The notes under the pieces are model-generated. The model did not search any database. It worked only from the letters and a program-made list of their open reading frames with translations, and was not told where the DNA came from. A stretch of 64,000 bases of DNA from an uncultured Peptococcaceae bacterium (GTDB lineage Bacteria; Bacillota; Dehalobacteriia; UBA4068; UBA4997): the NCBI GenBank assembly GCA_947647555.1, contig CANSKT010000003.1:7987-71986 (forward strand), read 5' to 3'. This document shows, piece by piece, positions 1 through 10,375 of this stretch; within the stretch, counting starts at the first letter, position 1, and the number at the start of each line of letters is the position of its first letter. A program made the translations under genes and the position numbers.

Positions 1-389
1 GGCAATACGCGCCCCTGAATTGCCAAAAGCGCAGAAAGACGCTGCGTGGCCTCCGCAATATCCACACCATCGGCCTGCATAATCGCCGCCAGCAGAATAT
101 TGCCCACATTATGGCCGCAAAGCGTGCTATCATCAGGGAAACGATAACAAAGCAATCTTTCCATCTCCGGCTCACTGCGGCTTAAAGCCAGCAAACAACT
201 GCGCACATCGCCCGGCGGCTGCATGCCAAAATCCGCGCGCAGCTTGCCGCTGCTGCCGCCGTTATCCGTCATCGCCACCACGGCCGTCGGCGCACAGCCC
301 AAACCTTTCAGCACACGCAGCAGATTGCCCAGACCAGTTCCGCCGCCAATCGCTACAATATGCAAATCCTCGGCATTCTTATATTTCAT
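1..389 (-). CDS. yvcK: YvcK/CofD-family gluconeogenesis factor, N-terminal part (gene runs off the left edge)
   Basis: Reverse-complement translation from the ATG at 389 gives MKYKNAEDLHIVAIGGGTGLGNLLRVLKGL, the GGGTGL start typical of YvcK. The start overlaps the rapZ stop (TAATG). The rapZ-yvcK order is conserved in Firmicutes. Confidence 0.8.
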   Translation of the reverse strand, partial: MKYKNAEDLHIVAIGGGTGLGNLLRVLKGLGCAPTAVVAMTDNGGSSGKLRADFGMQPPGDVRSCLLALSRSEPEMERLLCYRFPDDSTLCGHNVGNILLAAIMQADGVDIAEATQRLSALLAIQGRVL

Positions 390-1270
390 TAAATTTTCCC
401 ACTCTCAACGTATTTCGGTAAATCCCGGTGTAAAACGCGAATATTAATGCCCTGATTTTGCGCAGCCAAAAGCCGCCGCCCCAATTCCTCGGCAATCGCC
501 ACCGAGCGGTGCCGGCCGCCCGTGCAGCCCACCGCAATACCCAAATGCTGTTTGCCCTCCGCCACATACTGCGGCAAAAGTTCCAGCAGCAAATCTGTAT
601 ATTTCAGCAGAAAACTCTGCGTCACCGGCCGCTCCAGCACAAAATCGCGCACCGGCGCGTCCTGGCCGCTTAAAGGCTTCAGTTCCGGCAAATAAAAGGG
701 GTTGGGCAAAAAGCGAACGTCCATCACCAAATCCACATCAATCGGCAAACCATATTTAAACCCGAAAGAAAGCAGACTAACCTGCAAACGCCCCTCCTCG
801 CCGCCTTGCAGCAACGCCGCCGCCTGTTCCTTAAAATCCTGCACTTTCAAACCGCTGCTGTCAATAATCAAATCAGCCTGACCGCGAATACCCTGCAAAC
901 GCTGGCGCTCCTCCTGAATACCCTCCAGCAGTCCGCCCCGATAAGCCAGTGGGTGCCGCCGCCGCGTTTCCTTATAGCGCCGCACCAGAATATCATCAGA
1001 AGCCTCAAGAAATATTATTTCATATTTGATGCCTTTATTCTTTAATTCCTGTAAAACCAGGGTTAAATCCTGAAAAAATTTGCCGCCGCGCACATCGGCC
1101 ACCAACGCCACCTTATTATATTCAGACTGCGCCTGACAAATCAACTCCACAAATTTTATAAACAGGTTGGGCGGCAGATTATCCACACAATAATAGCCCA
1201 TATCCTCCAAAACCTGTACAAAATTGGTCTTGCCTGCGCCGCTCATACCCGTAACGATTTTTAATTCCAT
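389..1270 (-). CDS. rapZ: RNase adapter / P-loop ATPase RapZ (YvcJ)
   Basis: 293-aa ORF with an N-terminal Walker A (MELKIVTGMSGAGKT) and a RapZ-like body. It is followed by yvcK. Confidence 0.9.
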   Translation of the reverse strand: MELKIVTGMSGAGKTNFVQVLEDMGYYCVDNLPPNLFIKFVELICQAQSEYNKVALVADVRGGKFFQDLTLVLQELKNKGIKYEIIFLEASDDILVRRYKETRRRHPLAYRGGLLEGIQEERQRLQGIRGQADLIIDSSGLKVQDFKEQAAALLQGGEEGRLQVSLLSFGFKYGLPIDVDLVMDVRFLPNPFYLPELKPLSGQDAPVRDFVLERPVTQSFLLKYTDLLLELLPQYVAEGKQHLGIAVGCTGGRHRSVAIAEELGRRLLAAQNQGINIRVLHRDLPKYVESGKI

Positions 1271-1373
1271 AATTTAACACCTTTGCACAATTTATTGCTC
1301 CGCATGGGGCGCAGATCTTCGACCCGCTCCGCTCATACCTGTAACTATTTTTAATTCCATAATTTAACACCTT
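1238..1373. repeat. Direct duplication (about 46 nt, 89-nt offset) of the rapZ RBS and first codons
   Basis: 1238-1284 (gccgctcatacccgtaacgatttttaattccataatttaacacctt) recurs at 1327-1373 with 3 mismatches. The second copy retains the RBS and an ATG and would encode MELKIVTGMSGAG plus 9 unrelated residues. Confidence 0.85.
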
Positions 1374-1377
1374 CTGA

Positions 1378-3249
1378 CTATCCCCGTTCATGCAAATAAG
1401 CATACAAACTACGCGCCGAACGCTTATTCATAGTATCCACCAGCGCCAACTCCTCCTCGCTGGCCGCCATAATATGCTCCAATGAGCCAAAAGCGTGCAG
1501 CAACGCCACTCGCCTGGCCGGACCAATCCCCGGCACATCATCAAGCGCACTGGCCTTTTGCCCTTTCTCACGTAGCCGCCGCTGATAGGTTATGCCAAAG
1601 CGGTGGGCTTCGTCACGCACACGCTGCAAAAGCTGCAACCCCGGGCTGCTTTTCGGCAGAATAATCGGCTCCGGGTCATGCGGCCGATACAGCCATTCAT
1701 CACTTTCCGCCAAACCAAAAACCGGAATTGTCCCCAACAAACCCAGCGTTTCCAAAATATCCACAGCCACCGCCAGCTGACCCTTGCCGCCGTCAATCAG
1801 CAGCAAATCCGGCCATTCCGCCATCGGTGCTTCTTCCAGCTTCAACTCGCCGGCTTTCAGCTGCTCGCGCTGGCTGATACCCCAGCCCATACGCCGCGCC
1901 ACCGCCTCGCGCATAGCCATATAGTCGTCGCCGTTGGTCTGCCCCTTGATGCGCATATGCCGATAAAGCGCTTTGGCCGGCTGACCGCCCTGAAACGTCA
2001 CCATAGCAGAAACCGTATACGTCCCCTGCCAATGGCTGTTATCAAAACATTCAATCCGCCAGGGCGCTTTGGGCAGATTAAGCGCCTGCTGCAATTCGGC
2101 CAAAGCCTCGCCACCAGCCGCCTTTTTATAACTCTGTTCCTCCAGTTCCCGGTTCAAAACCAACTCCGCATTATGCTGCACCAATTCCAGCAGCCGCTTT
2201 TTTTCACCAATCTTGGGCGCAAACAGATTAACCCGGCCGCCGCGCTTCTGGTTCAGCCAATCATTGAGCGTATCCATATCGGTCAGCGGCTCGCTCAAAC
2301 AGATTTCCGGCGGAATAAAATCAACGCCACTGTAATACTGACAAATAAAGGCTGAAAGAATATGCTCCGCCTGATTATCGCCATGATTATCCAGAAAGAA
2401 ATGTTCCCGGCCAACCACCTTGCCCTCGCGCACAAAAAATACCTGCACCGCCGCCAGACTTTCATCAGCGGCCAGCGCCACCGCCAGCATATCCCGGTTA
2501 TCGCTGCCGGCGTCCATATACTGCTTGCTTTGCACCAGCTTAATGGCGTTAATGCGGTCGCGCAGCTGGGCGGCCTCCTCAAAACGCAGTTCATCAGAAG
2601 CGCGCCGCATCTGCTCATTCAAGTCAGCCAGCATGCGGCTGCTTTTGCCCTCCAAAAACTGCACCACCTGCCGGCACATCTCCCGATAAGCCTGCTTATC
2701 CACCTTGCCGGTACAAGGCGCCAGACAACGGCCAATATGAAAATTCAGACAGGGACGTTTCTGTTGCCGAAAATTACGGTTGGTACAGGTACGCAACGGA
2801 AAAATCTCACGCAGCAGCTTCTCCGTGATGTGCATAGCGCCGGCGCTGACATACGGGCCAAAATAACGGCTGCCGTCGTTTTTCACCGAGCGCACCTCTA
2901 TCAGCCGCGGATATTCCTCGCTCATGGTCACCGCCAAATACGGATAATGCTTATCATCGCGCAGCATGATGTTGTATTTGGGCGCGTATTCTTTAATCAG
3001 ATTGCTTTCCAGCACCAGCGCTTCCGTGGCCGAGGATACCACAATCCACTCCAACTCCTCCACCACGCGCATCTGGGCGGCAGTTTTCGGCGCCAGCCGG
3101 CTCTCCGCCTGAAAATAGGAGCGCACTCGTTGCTTTAGGGATTTGGCCTTGCCCACATAGACCACCTGACCGTCCGCATCGCGCATAATATAAACGCCCG
3201 GACTGGCTGGCAGTTCTGCCAATTTTTCTTTTAATTTTGGATTTGCCAT
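1378..3249 (-). CDS. uvrC: Excinuclease ABC subunit C
   Basis: 623-aa ORF with a GIY-YIG N-terminus (GVYIMRD...VVYVGKAKSLKQRV) and a C-terminal HhH (VPGIGPARR). Confidence 0.95.
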   Translation of the reverse strand: MANPKLKEKLAELPASPGVYIMRDADGQVVYVGKAKSLKQRVRSYFQAESRLAPKTAAQMRVVEELEWIVVSSATEALVLESNLIKEYAPKYNIMLRDDKHYPYLAVTMSEEYPRLIEVRSVKNDGSRYFGPYVSAGAMHITEKLLREIFPLRTCTNRNFRQQKRPCLNFHIGRCLAPCTGKVDKQAYREMCRQVVQFLEGKSSRMLADLNEQMRRASDELRFEEAAQLRDRINAIKLVQSKQYMDAGSDNRDMLAVALAADESLAAVQVFFVREGKVVGREHFFLDNHGDNQAEHILSAFICQYYSGVDFIPPEICLSEPLTDMDTLNDWLNQKRGGRVNLFAPKIGEKKRLLELVQHNAELVLNRELEEQSYKKAAGGEALAELQQALNLPKAPWRIECFDNSHWQGTYTVSAMVTFQGGQPAKALYRHMRIKGQTNGDDYMAMREAVARRMGWGISQREQLKAGELKLEEAPMAEWPDLLLIDGGKGQLAVAVDILETLGLLGTIPVFGLAESDEWLYRPHDPEPIILPKSSPGLQLLQRVRDEAHRFGITYQRRLREKGQKASALDDVPGIGPARRVALLHAFGSLEHIMAASEEELALVDTMNKRSARSLYAYLHERG

Positions 3250-3309
3250 TTTTCTCTCTTGACTTCTATTTACTCAATATAAATGTTTCACAGTTAAGCA
3301 GATGCGCCA

Positions 3310-6195
3310 CTATTGCAGCTTTGAGCGCAAAAATTGCCCGGTATAGCTGCTCTCAACAGCAGCAATCTCCTCCGGCGTGCCGGTAGCCACAATCTGACCG
3401 CCCCGGCCGCCGCCCTCCGGCCCTAGGTCAATAATATAATCCGCGCATTTGATTACGTCCAGATTATGCTCAATCACCAGCACCGTGTTGCCGGCCTCAA
3501 CCAGACGATTAAGCACCTCCAGCAGCTTTTTAATATCAGCAATATGCAGGCCGGTAGTAGGCTCGTCCAGAATATAAAAACTCTGCCCCTGACTGCGCCG
3601 GGAAAGTTCCGACGCCAGCTTAATGCGCTGCGCCTCGCCGCCGGAAAGGGTAGTGCCGCTCTGCCCCAGCTGAATATAACCCAGTCCCACGTCCTGCAAA
3701 ACCTGCAATTTATGCGCAATCCGCGGCACATTGGCAAAAAACTCGTTGGCTTCGTCCACCGTCATCGCCAAAACGTCGGCAATACTCTTGCCCTTATATT
3801 TAATATCCAGCGTTTCCCGATTATAGCGCTGTCCCTTGCAGACCTCACAAGGCACGTAAACATCAGGCAAAAAATGCATCTCAATTTTAATAATACCGTC
3901 GCCCTTACAGGCCTCGCAACGGCCGCCGCTGACGTTAAAGCTAAAACGCCCCGGTTTATAGCCGCGCATTTTGGCCTCCGGCAACTGCGCATACAAATCG
4001 CGTATAAGACTGAACAGACCGGTGTAAGTGGCCGGATTGGAGCGCGGTGTGCGGCCAATCGGGCTTTGGTCAATATCAATTACCTTTTCCAGATTTTCCA
4101 GCCCGTCAATCTGGCGGAACTTGCCCGGCTTGGTGTGAGCGCGGTTCAGCCGATTAGCCAGTGTTTTATACAAAATTTCATTGATAAGCGTACTTTTACC
4201 GCTGCCGGAAACCCCGGTTACACAAATAAATTTACCCAGCGGCAGTTCCACATCAATATTTTTCAGATTATTTTCAGTGCAGCCCCAAAGCTTCAGCATT
4301 TTACCGCTGCCAGGCCGCCGCAACTGCGGCACCTCAATCTGCTGTTTGCCGCTTAAATATTGGCCGGTGATAGAAGAAGCGCAACGCATTACCTGCTGCG
4401 GCGTGCCGCTGGCCACCACCTGGCCGCCGTTGCGCCCGGCGCCAGGGCCAATATCCACCAGATAATCAGCCGCCAGCATCGTTTCATCGTCATGCTCCAC
4501 CACAATCACGGTATTGCCCAAATCGCGCAGACGTTTCAGCGTGGCAATCAGCTGACAGTTATCGCGTTGGTGCAGGCCAATGCTCGGCTCGTCCAGAATA
4601 TACAGCACGCCCACCAATGATGAGCCAATCTGGGTAGCCAGCCTGATGCGCTGCGCCTCGCCGCCGGAAAGAGTGGAAGCCGCCCGGGAAAGCGTCAGAT
4701 AATCCAGCCCCACATTTACCAAAAACTCCAACCGCGCTTTGATTTCCTTAAGCACCATATGCACAATGCTCTCCTCGCGCTCCGATAGCTGCAAGCCGGC
4801 AAAAAATTGCTGCGCTTCAAAAATTGTCATCTCGCTCAAATGATGAATATTCAATTCCTGCGGCCGCCCCTGCTCATCCAGATAGGTCAGCGTAACAGCC
4901 AGAACCTCCGGCTTCAGGCGCGCGCCATGACAATCCGGGCAGGGACTTTCCACCATATATTTTTCAATTTCCTCGCGGATAAAATCAGATTCTGTTTCCT
5001 GATAACGCCGTTCCAAATTGGTAATCATGCCCTCCCAGGGCGCGTTAACAAATTTTTCCCGGTGGTTATAATCAATATACTTAAAGGCCAGTTTCTCCTT
5101 GCCGGTGCCATACAAAATCAGCTGCAAATGCTCCGGCGATAACTCGCGCAAAGGCACGTCCAGAGAAAAACCATAATGTTTGGACATGGCCTCGATAAAG
5201 CGGAACCACCAGCTGGAAAAGTTTTCGCTCCAATGCGCCAAAGCCCCCTCGCGCAGAGAAAGTTCATCGCTGACTACCAGCAGGCTGGCGTCCACCTTCA
5301 TACGAAAGCCCAGACCAGAACAGCTGGGGCAAGCGCCGTAAGGATTATTGAAAGAAAACATGCGCGGCGTTAACTCGTCCAAACTGATACCACAATCCGG
5401 ACAGGCCAGATTTTTATTAAATTTCAGTTCCTGTATCGCGTTGATTTCCTGACCGTCCTGGTCAAGCTGCTTCTGCTCAGTCAGAACCAAAAGCTGACCG
5501 CCGGCCAACTCCATAGCCGTTTCAATCGACTCCGCCAGCCGTTTGGCCACGTCCGGCCGCACCACCAGGCGGTCAACCACAACTTCCACCGAATGTTTTT
5601 GCTGCTTGTTAACCTTAATTTCATCGTCCAGTGAATAAATTTGCCCGTCCACGCGCACGCGCAAATAACCGTCGCTTTTAATATCCGCAAAAAGCCGCTG
5701 AAACTCACCCTTGCGGCCGCTAATCATCGGCGCCAAAACCTGCAAACGCGTTCCCTCGTCCAACGCCAGCAGCGTATCTACAATCTGGTCAACCGTCTGC
5801 TGACTGATTGGCTTGCCGCATTTAGGACAATGCGGTTTGCCCACGCGCGCAAAAAGCAGACGCAAATAATCATGAATTTCCGTAACCGTACCAACGGTAG
5901 AGCGCGGATTGCGGTTGGTTGTTTTCTGGTCAATAGCAATCGCCGGGGACAAGCCCTCAATCACATCAACCGCCGGCTTTTCCATCTGACCCAAAAACAG
6001 GCGCGCATATGATGACAAACTTTCCATATACCGGCGCTGACCCTCGGCATAAATGGTATCAAAAGCCAAAGAACTCTTGCCGCTGCCAGAAAGGCCGGTT
6101 ATCACCACCAGCTTGTTGCGCGGCAGTTTAACGTCAATATTCTGTAAATTATGCTGTCTGGCCCCTTTAACATAAATATATTCCTGTTTAGCCAT
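3310..6195 (-). CDS. uvrA: Excinuclease ABC subunit A
   Basis: 961-aa ORF with two ABC modules ([18 protein letters not shown]) and CxxC zinc modules. Length is typical of UvrA. Confidence 0.95.
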   Translation of the reverse strand: MAKQEYIYVKGARQHNLQNIDVKLPRNKLVVITGLSGSGKSSLAFDTIYAEGQRRYMESLSSYARLFLGQMEKPAVDVIEGLSPAIAIDQKTTNRNPRSTVGTVTEIHDYLRLLFARVGKPHCPKCGKPISQQTVDQIVDTLLALDEGTRLQVLAPMISGRKGEFQRLFADIKSDGYLRVRVDGQIYSLDDEIKVNKQQKHSVEVVVDRLVVRPDVAKRLAESIETAMELAGGQLLVLTEQKQLDQDGQEINAIQELKFNKNLACPDCGISLDELTPRMFSFNNPYGACPSCSGLGFRMKVDASLLVVSDELSLREGALAHWSENFSSWWFRFIEAMSKHYGFSLDVPLRELSPEHLQLILYGTGKEKLAFKYIDYNHREKFVNAPWEGMITNLERRYQETESDFIREEIEKYMVESPCPDCHGARLKPEVLAVTLTYLDEQGRPQELNIHHLSEMTIFEAQQFFAGLQLSEREESIVHMVLKEIKARLEFLVNVGLDYLTLSRAASTLSGGEAQRIRLATQIGSSLVGVLYILDEPSIGLHQRDNCQLIATLKRLRDLGNTVIVVEHDDETMLAADYLVDIGPGAGRNGGQVVASGTPQQVMRCASSITGQYLSGKQQIEVPQLRRPGSGKMLKLWGCTENNLKNIDVELPLGKFICVTGVSGSGKSTLINEILYKTLANRLNRAHTKPGKFRQIDGLENLEKVIDIDQSPIGRTPRSNPATYTGLFSLIRDLYAQLPEAKMRGYKPGRFSFNVSGGRCEACKGDGIIKIEMHFLPDVYVPCEVCKGQRYNRETLDIKYKGKSIADVLAMTVDEANEFFANVPRIAHKLQVLQDVGLGYIQLGQSGTTLSGGEAQRIKLASELSRRSQGQSFYILDEPTTGLHIADIKKLLEVLNRLVEAGNTVLVIEHNLDVIKCADYIIDLGPEGGGRGGQIVATGTPEEIAAVESSYTGQFLRSKLQ

Positions 6196-6266
6196 ATTTT
6201 ATATTCTCTCCTATATTTATCACATTTATTTTTTATTATTATATCATTATATCACAAAAGTCAACA

Positions 6267-6280
6267 CGAACACAAGTACG
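6267..6280. promoter_or_regulatory. Putative LexA (Cheo-type) box upstream of uvrA
   Basis: CGAACACAAGTACG matches GAAC-N4-GTTC with one mismatch. It lies about 75 nt upstream of the uvrA start, next to a TTGACT -35-like hexamer on the minus strand. Confidence 0.4.
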
Positions 6281-6309
6281 CCATACAGGATTTTTTATAT
6301 AAAAGCAAA

Positions 6310-6342
6310 CGCCGGCGATTTTCATGCATACGCCGGCGTTTT
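6310..6342 (-). terminator. Rho-independent terminator after the 6362-7048 gene
   Basis: AACGCCGGCG ... CGCCGGCGTT stem flanked by A and T runs. Confidence 0.6.
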
Positions 6343-6361
6343 TTATTTTCACGTTGTCTAA

Positions 6362-7048
6362 TCAAATTTCGTTTGAATCATAGGAATGTTGGCAATTCAA
6401 AAAGGCAATTTCCTCGCCGTTTTCGTCCAAAAAGGCATAATAAGTACGATAAGCTCCGCGTTTGCTGCCCTCTGGCGGCTGAATATTCGGCATAATCAGC
6501 ATTGCCGGGCATTTATCTACTTCCAGTTCCTCAATCAGCTGCCAACTCTCGTCAGGCTTTTCACAGCGCAAGTCTTCCTTTTTATAAAACAGTTTTATCT
6601 GGCGCAGATTTTCTGCTTTGCTTAAAAACAAATAGTAATATCCCTGCGGATCTTCGCTGTTAATACCATAATTGGTTATTACTCTAACGCTGGCCAACTC
6701 TGGAATATCCACCCTAGAGCAATAGTAATTCCGCCCAACAAAAATATAATTGCCGTAATGCTCCTTGAATTCCGCCACATCATAATCAGCAGCGTCCACG
6801 CCTTTCTGTAAGGCATAAGCCACAAACACCCGGTCATCTAACTTTTGTATATCCATAATATCCAGTTCGTCCGGGTTAATCGTCCGCCCTTTTTTAGCAT
6901 ACTCCGCGCATATAAATTTGCGAAAAAATTCCGGCGACATAACCTCAGCTTCGCTATATTCTTTGGACAGTTCCAGATGAAAAATTAACAGCAAAATCAA
7001 CGCAAAAGGTGTTATAACCCAAAGCCAGTTTTTAAGACTGTCCCTCAT
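6362..7048 (-). CDS. Membrane-anchored hypothetical protein (paralog of 7089-7661)
   Basis: The ORF track gives 6362-7096. The likely start is MRDSLKNWLWVITPFALILLL (ATG at 7048), by alignment with the paralog start MKGNVQNWLWVFLPFVLLL. There is one N-terminal TM helix and no family I recognise. Confidence 0.6.
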   Translation of the reverse strand: MRDSLKNWLWVITPFALILLLIFHLELSKEYSEAEVMSPEFFRKFICAEYAKKGRTINPDELDIMDIQKLDDRVFVAYALQKGVDAADYDVAEFKEHYGNYIFVGRNYYCSRVDIPELASVRVITNYGINSEDPQGYYYLFLSKAENLRQIKLFYKKEDLRCEKPDESWQLIEELEVDKCPAMLIMPNIQPPEGSKRGAYRTYYAFLDENGEEIAFLNCQHSYDSNEI

Positions 7049-7088
7049 TGTAATACAACAACAACCTTTCATTACTATTACAATAATT

Positions 7089-7661
7089 TTAATCATACAT
7101 ATCCAGCTGCAAATAGTCTATTTCCCTGCCCTCGCAGTCAAAGAATGAATACCTGCCGCTTGGCCGCTGCGGATAAACCACCATAACCGGGTTGCCGTCA
7201 AACTCATATTCCCAATCAGGATATGTGCCTTGCCAAAACTTTAATTTGCGCACATCTTCTGATTTATTCATAAAAACCAGATAATCCCCACGTGGCTCAT
7301 CAGTAGAAAACTCTCCATAGGCCAGACCATCACAACGGCTGAACACATAAGCGTTTTTTTTAACAGAAAAAATATAATTTTGGCCCCTTTGCCGGAACTC
7401 CAGTGTACCAAAATTTTTGCTGTCCAAACAATAGCCGACAACTATTACGTCATCAACCTTTTGAACACCAATAATTTCCACATCATCTTTGTTAACGCTC
7501 TGACCATATTTACCATAAGCCTTTTGTACCATTTCCCGGCAAAACTCCGGCGTAATTTCTGCTTCAGAATACCGCCTGTCGATACCGGCATAAAACAAAA
7601 CCGCCAGCAGCAATACAAACGGCAGAAAAACCCAAAGCCAGTTTTGAACATTGCCTTTCAT
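7089..7661 (-). CDS. Membrane-anchored hypothetical protein (paralog of 6362-7048)
   Basis: 190-aa ORF with an N-terminal TM helix and shared motifs (NWLWV, YSEAE(I/V), VVGYxL/FVAYAL) with the downstream gene. Confidence 0.6.
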   Translation of the reverse strand: MKGNVQNWLWVFLPFVLLLAVLFYAGIDRRYSEAEITPEFCREMVQKAYGKYGQSVNKDDVEIIGVQKVDDVIVVGYCLDSKNFGTLEFRQRGQNYIFSVKKNAYVFSRCDGLAYGEFSTDEPRGDYLVFMNKSEDVRKLKFWQGTYPDWEYEFDGNPVMVVYPQRPSGRYSFFDCEGREIDYLQLDMYD

Positions 7662-7671
7662 TTAATACACC

Positions 7672-8361
7672 TCACGCCGGCTCCACCGCCAAAACCTGCA
7701 AAACATGGCCGTTCACCTGAAAACGCACATTAAATCCGGCAAAACTCAAGCCATAAACGCGTTCCACCTCCTGCCGGCCGGCATGATAGGCCGGGCGTGG
7801 GTCCTGCGCCAGAACCGCCAGCAGCGCCGGCTGTTTCTCTGCCGGCAGCTTTTGCAGCAATTCCGGCGGTGCAATAACCTGCAAAGCGTCCGGCGGCCCG
7901 GCAAAACCACCCTGCGCCTGCGGCACCGCGTCGGCATAAGGCACATATGGCTTAATATCCAAAATCGGCGTGCCGTTCAAAATATCCGCGCCGCTCACCA
8001 GCAACCCATGCTCATTAACCTCCAGCAGACGCACCACGGAAAGTCCCAACGGATTGGGACGGTTAGGCGAACGAGTGGCAAAGACCCCAACGCGCTGATT
8101 ACCGCCCAAACGCGGCGGCCGCACTGTTGGCGACCAGCCCTCTGACCAAAACTCGGAGAACAGCCAGATTAACCAGATATGCGAGAAGCCGTCCAATCCG
8201 CGAAAAGCCTCCGGCCGCTGATATTCCGGCCGCAGCACCACGCGAGAGGTAACCTCCGGCACCAGCCCACTCTGCCGCGGTATGCCGAACTTACCGTCAT
8301 AATCGTTGTAAATATGGCCAATAACCTGCAATTTTATTTCATTTTTTGCTTGCTTATCCAT
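7672..8361 (-). CDS. trmO: tRNA (t6A37-N6)-methyltransferase TrmO (TsaA/YaeB family)
   Basis: 229-aa ORF. It carries VIGHIYNDYDGKFGIPRQSG and RPNPLGLSVVRLLEV, motifs typical of TsaA-like proteins. Confidence 0.85.
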   Translation of the reverse strand: MDKQAKNEIKLQVIGHIYNDYDGKFGIPRQSGLVPEVTSRVVLRPEYQRPEAFRGLDGFSHIWLIWLFSEFWSEGWSPTVRPPRLGGNQRVGVFATRSPNRPNPLGLSVVRLLEVNEHGLLVSGADILNGTPILDIKPYVPYADAVPQAQGGFAGPPDALQVIAPPELLQKLPAEKQPALLAVLAQDPRPAYHAGRQEVERVYGLSFAGFNVRFQVNGHVLQVLAVEPA

Positions 8362-8368
8362 AATTTAT

Positions 8369-9019
8369 TCACATGTTTTTCAAAATTTCATCAAGCAACG
8401 GCAGCAATTCCGGCTCCACCAACTCGTCATGATATTTTTCCAGCAAACTTTTAATATATTCCTGCAAGGCTTCCACTTTCAGCCAAACGTCCTCGCGCAC
8501 CTCTGGCGGCAAATCGGCCTCAAAACGCTCCTGCAACTTTGTATAAGCGTCCGTAACCTGCTGATTTAAGGCAGTATAGTCCAAATAATCATCATCAGTC
8601 ATCGGCACCTGTTGTTTCATTTTCTGCGCATAATCAATAATCCATACTGCCATGTCATGCTCCGGATTGCTTTCATCAGCCGCAGCCGCCACAAACTCCT
8701 GATAACGCACTGTCATTTTCTCTCTAACCTCGTCCAGGCTCTCCGCCAGTCCCAGTTCCTCGGCCTCCCAAACCACGGCGCGCATAACCGCCAGCGCCGT
8801 CAGAGCTTCAATATCGTCAAATTCATCATCAGGGCCGTTTTCAAGCATACAGCGCTTCAAATAATCAATGTCCGCCTGCCGGATTTGGCCGCTCTCTGAC
8901 TGCATAAATTTAAATTCATTCTCAGACTGCTTAACGTCTGCACCATCATCAGCGCAGGCGGCAAGCGCCGCCAGCATAATCAATGCCAGCAGCGCCGCCC
9001 AAATTTTGTTTATTTTCAT
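8369..9019 (-). CDS. Lipoprotein, function unknown
   Basis: Signal peptide with a lipobox (MKINKIWAALLALIMLAALAAC) followed by an acidic helical body. The start is taken at the ATG at 9019; the ORF is open to 9031. Confidence 0.6.
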   Translation of the reverse strand: MKINKIWAALLALIMLAALAACADDGADVKQSENEFKFMQSESGQIRQADIDYLKRCMLENGPDDEFDDIEALTALAVMRAVVWEAEELGLAESLDEVREKMTVRYQEFVAAAADESNPEHDMAVWIIDYAQKMKQQVPMTDDDYLDYTALNQQVTDAYTKLQERFEADLPPEVREDVWLKVEALQEYIKSLLEKYHDELVEPELLPLLDEILKNM

Positions 9020-9031
9020 TAATTGCACCAA

Positions 9032-10330
<1,299 letters not shown>

Positions 10331-10375
10331 TTATTTCCTGTTTCTTCTATAATATATATTGATTTTTCCAGATTT

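Noticed and set aside
1179-1403. 74-aa ORF spanning the uvrC-rapZ spacer.
   Set aside because: It is an out-of-frame reading across the duplicated rapZ 5-prime segment. The internal repeat in its translation (VLNYGIKN twice) is just the DNA repeat.
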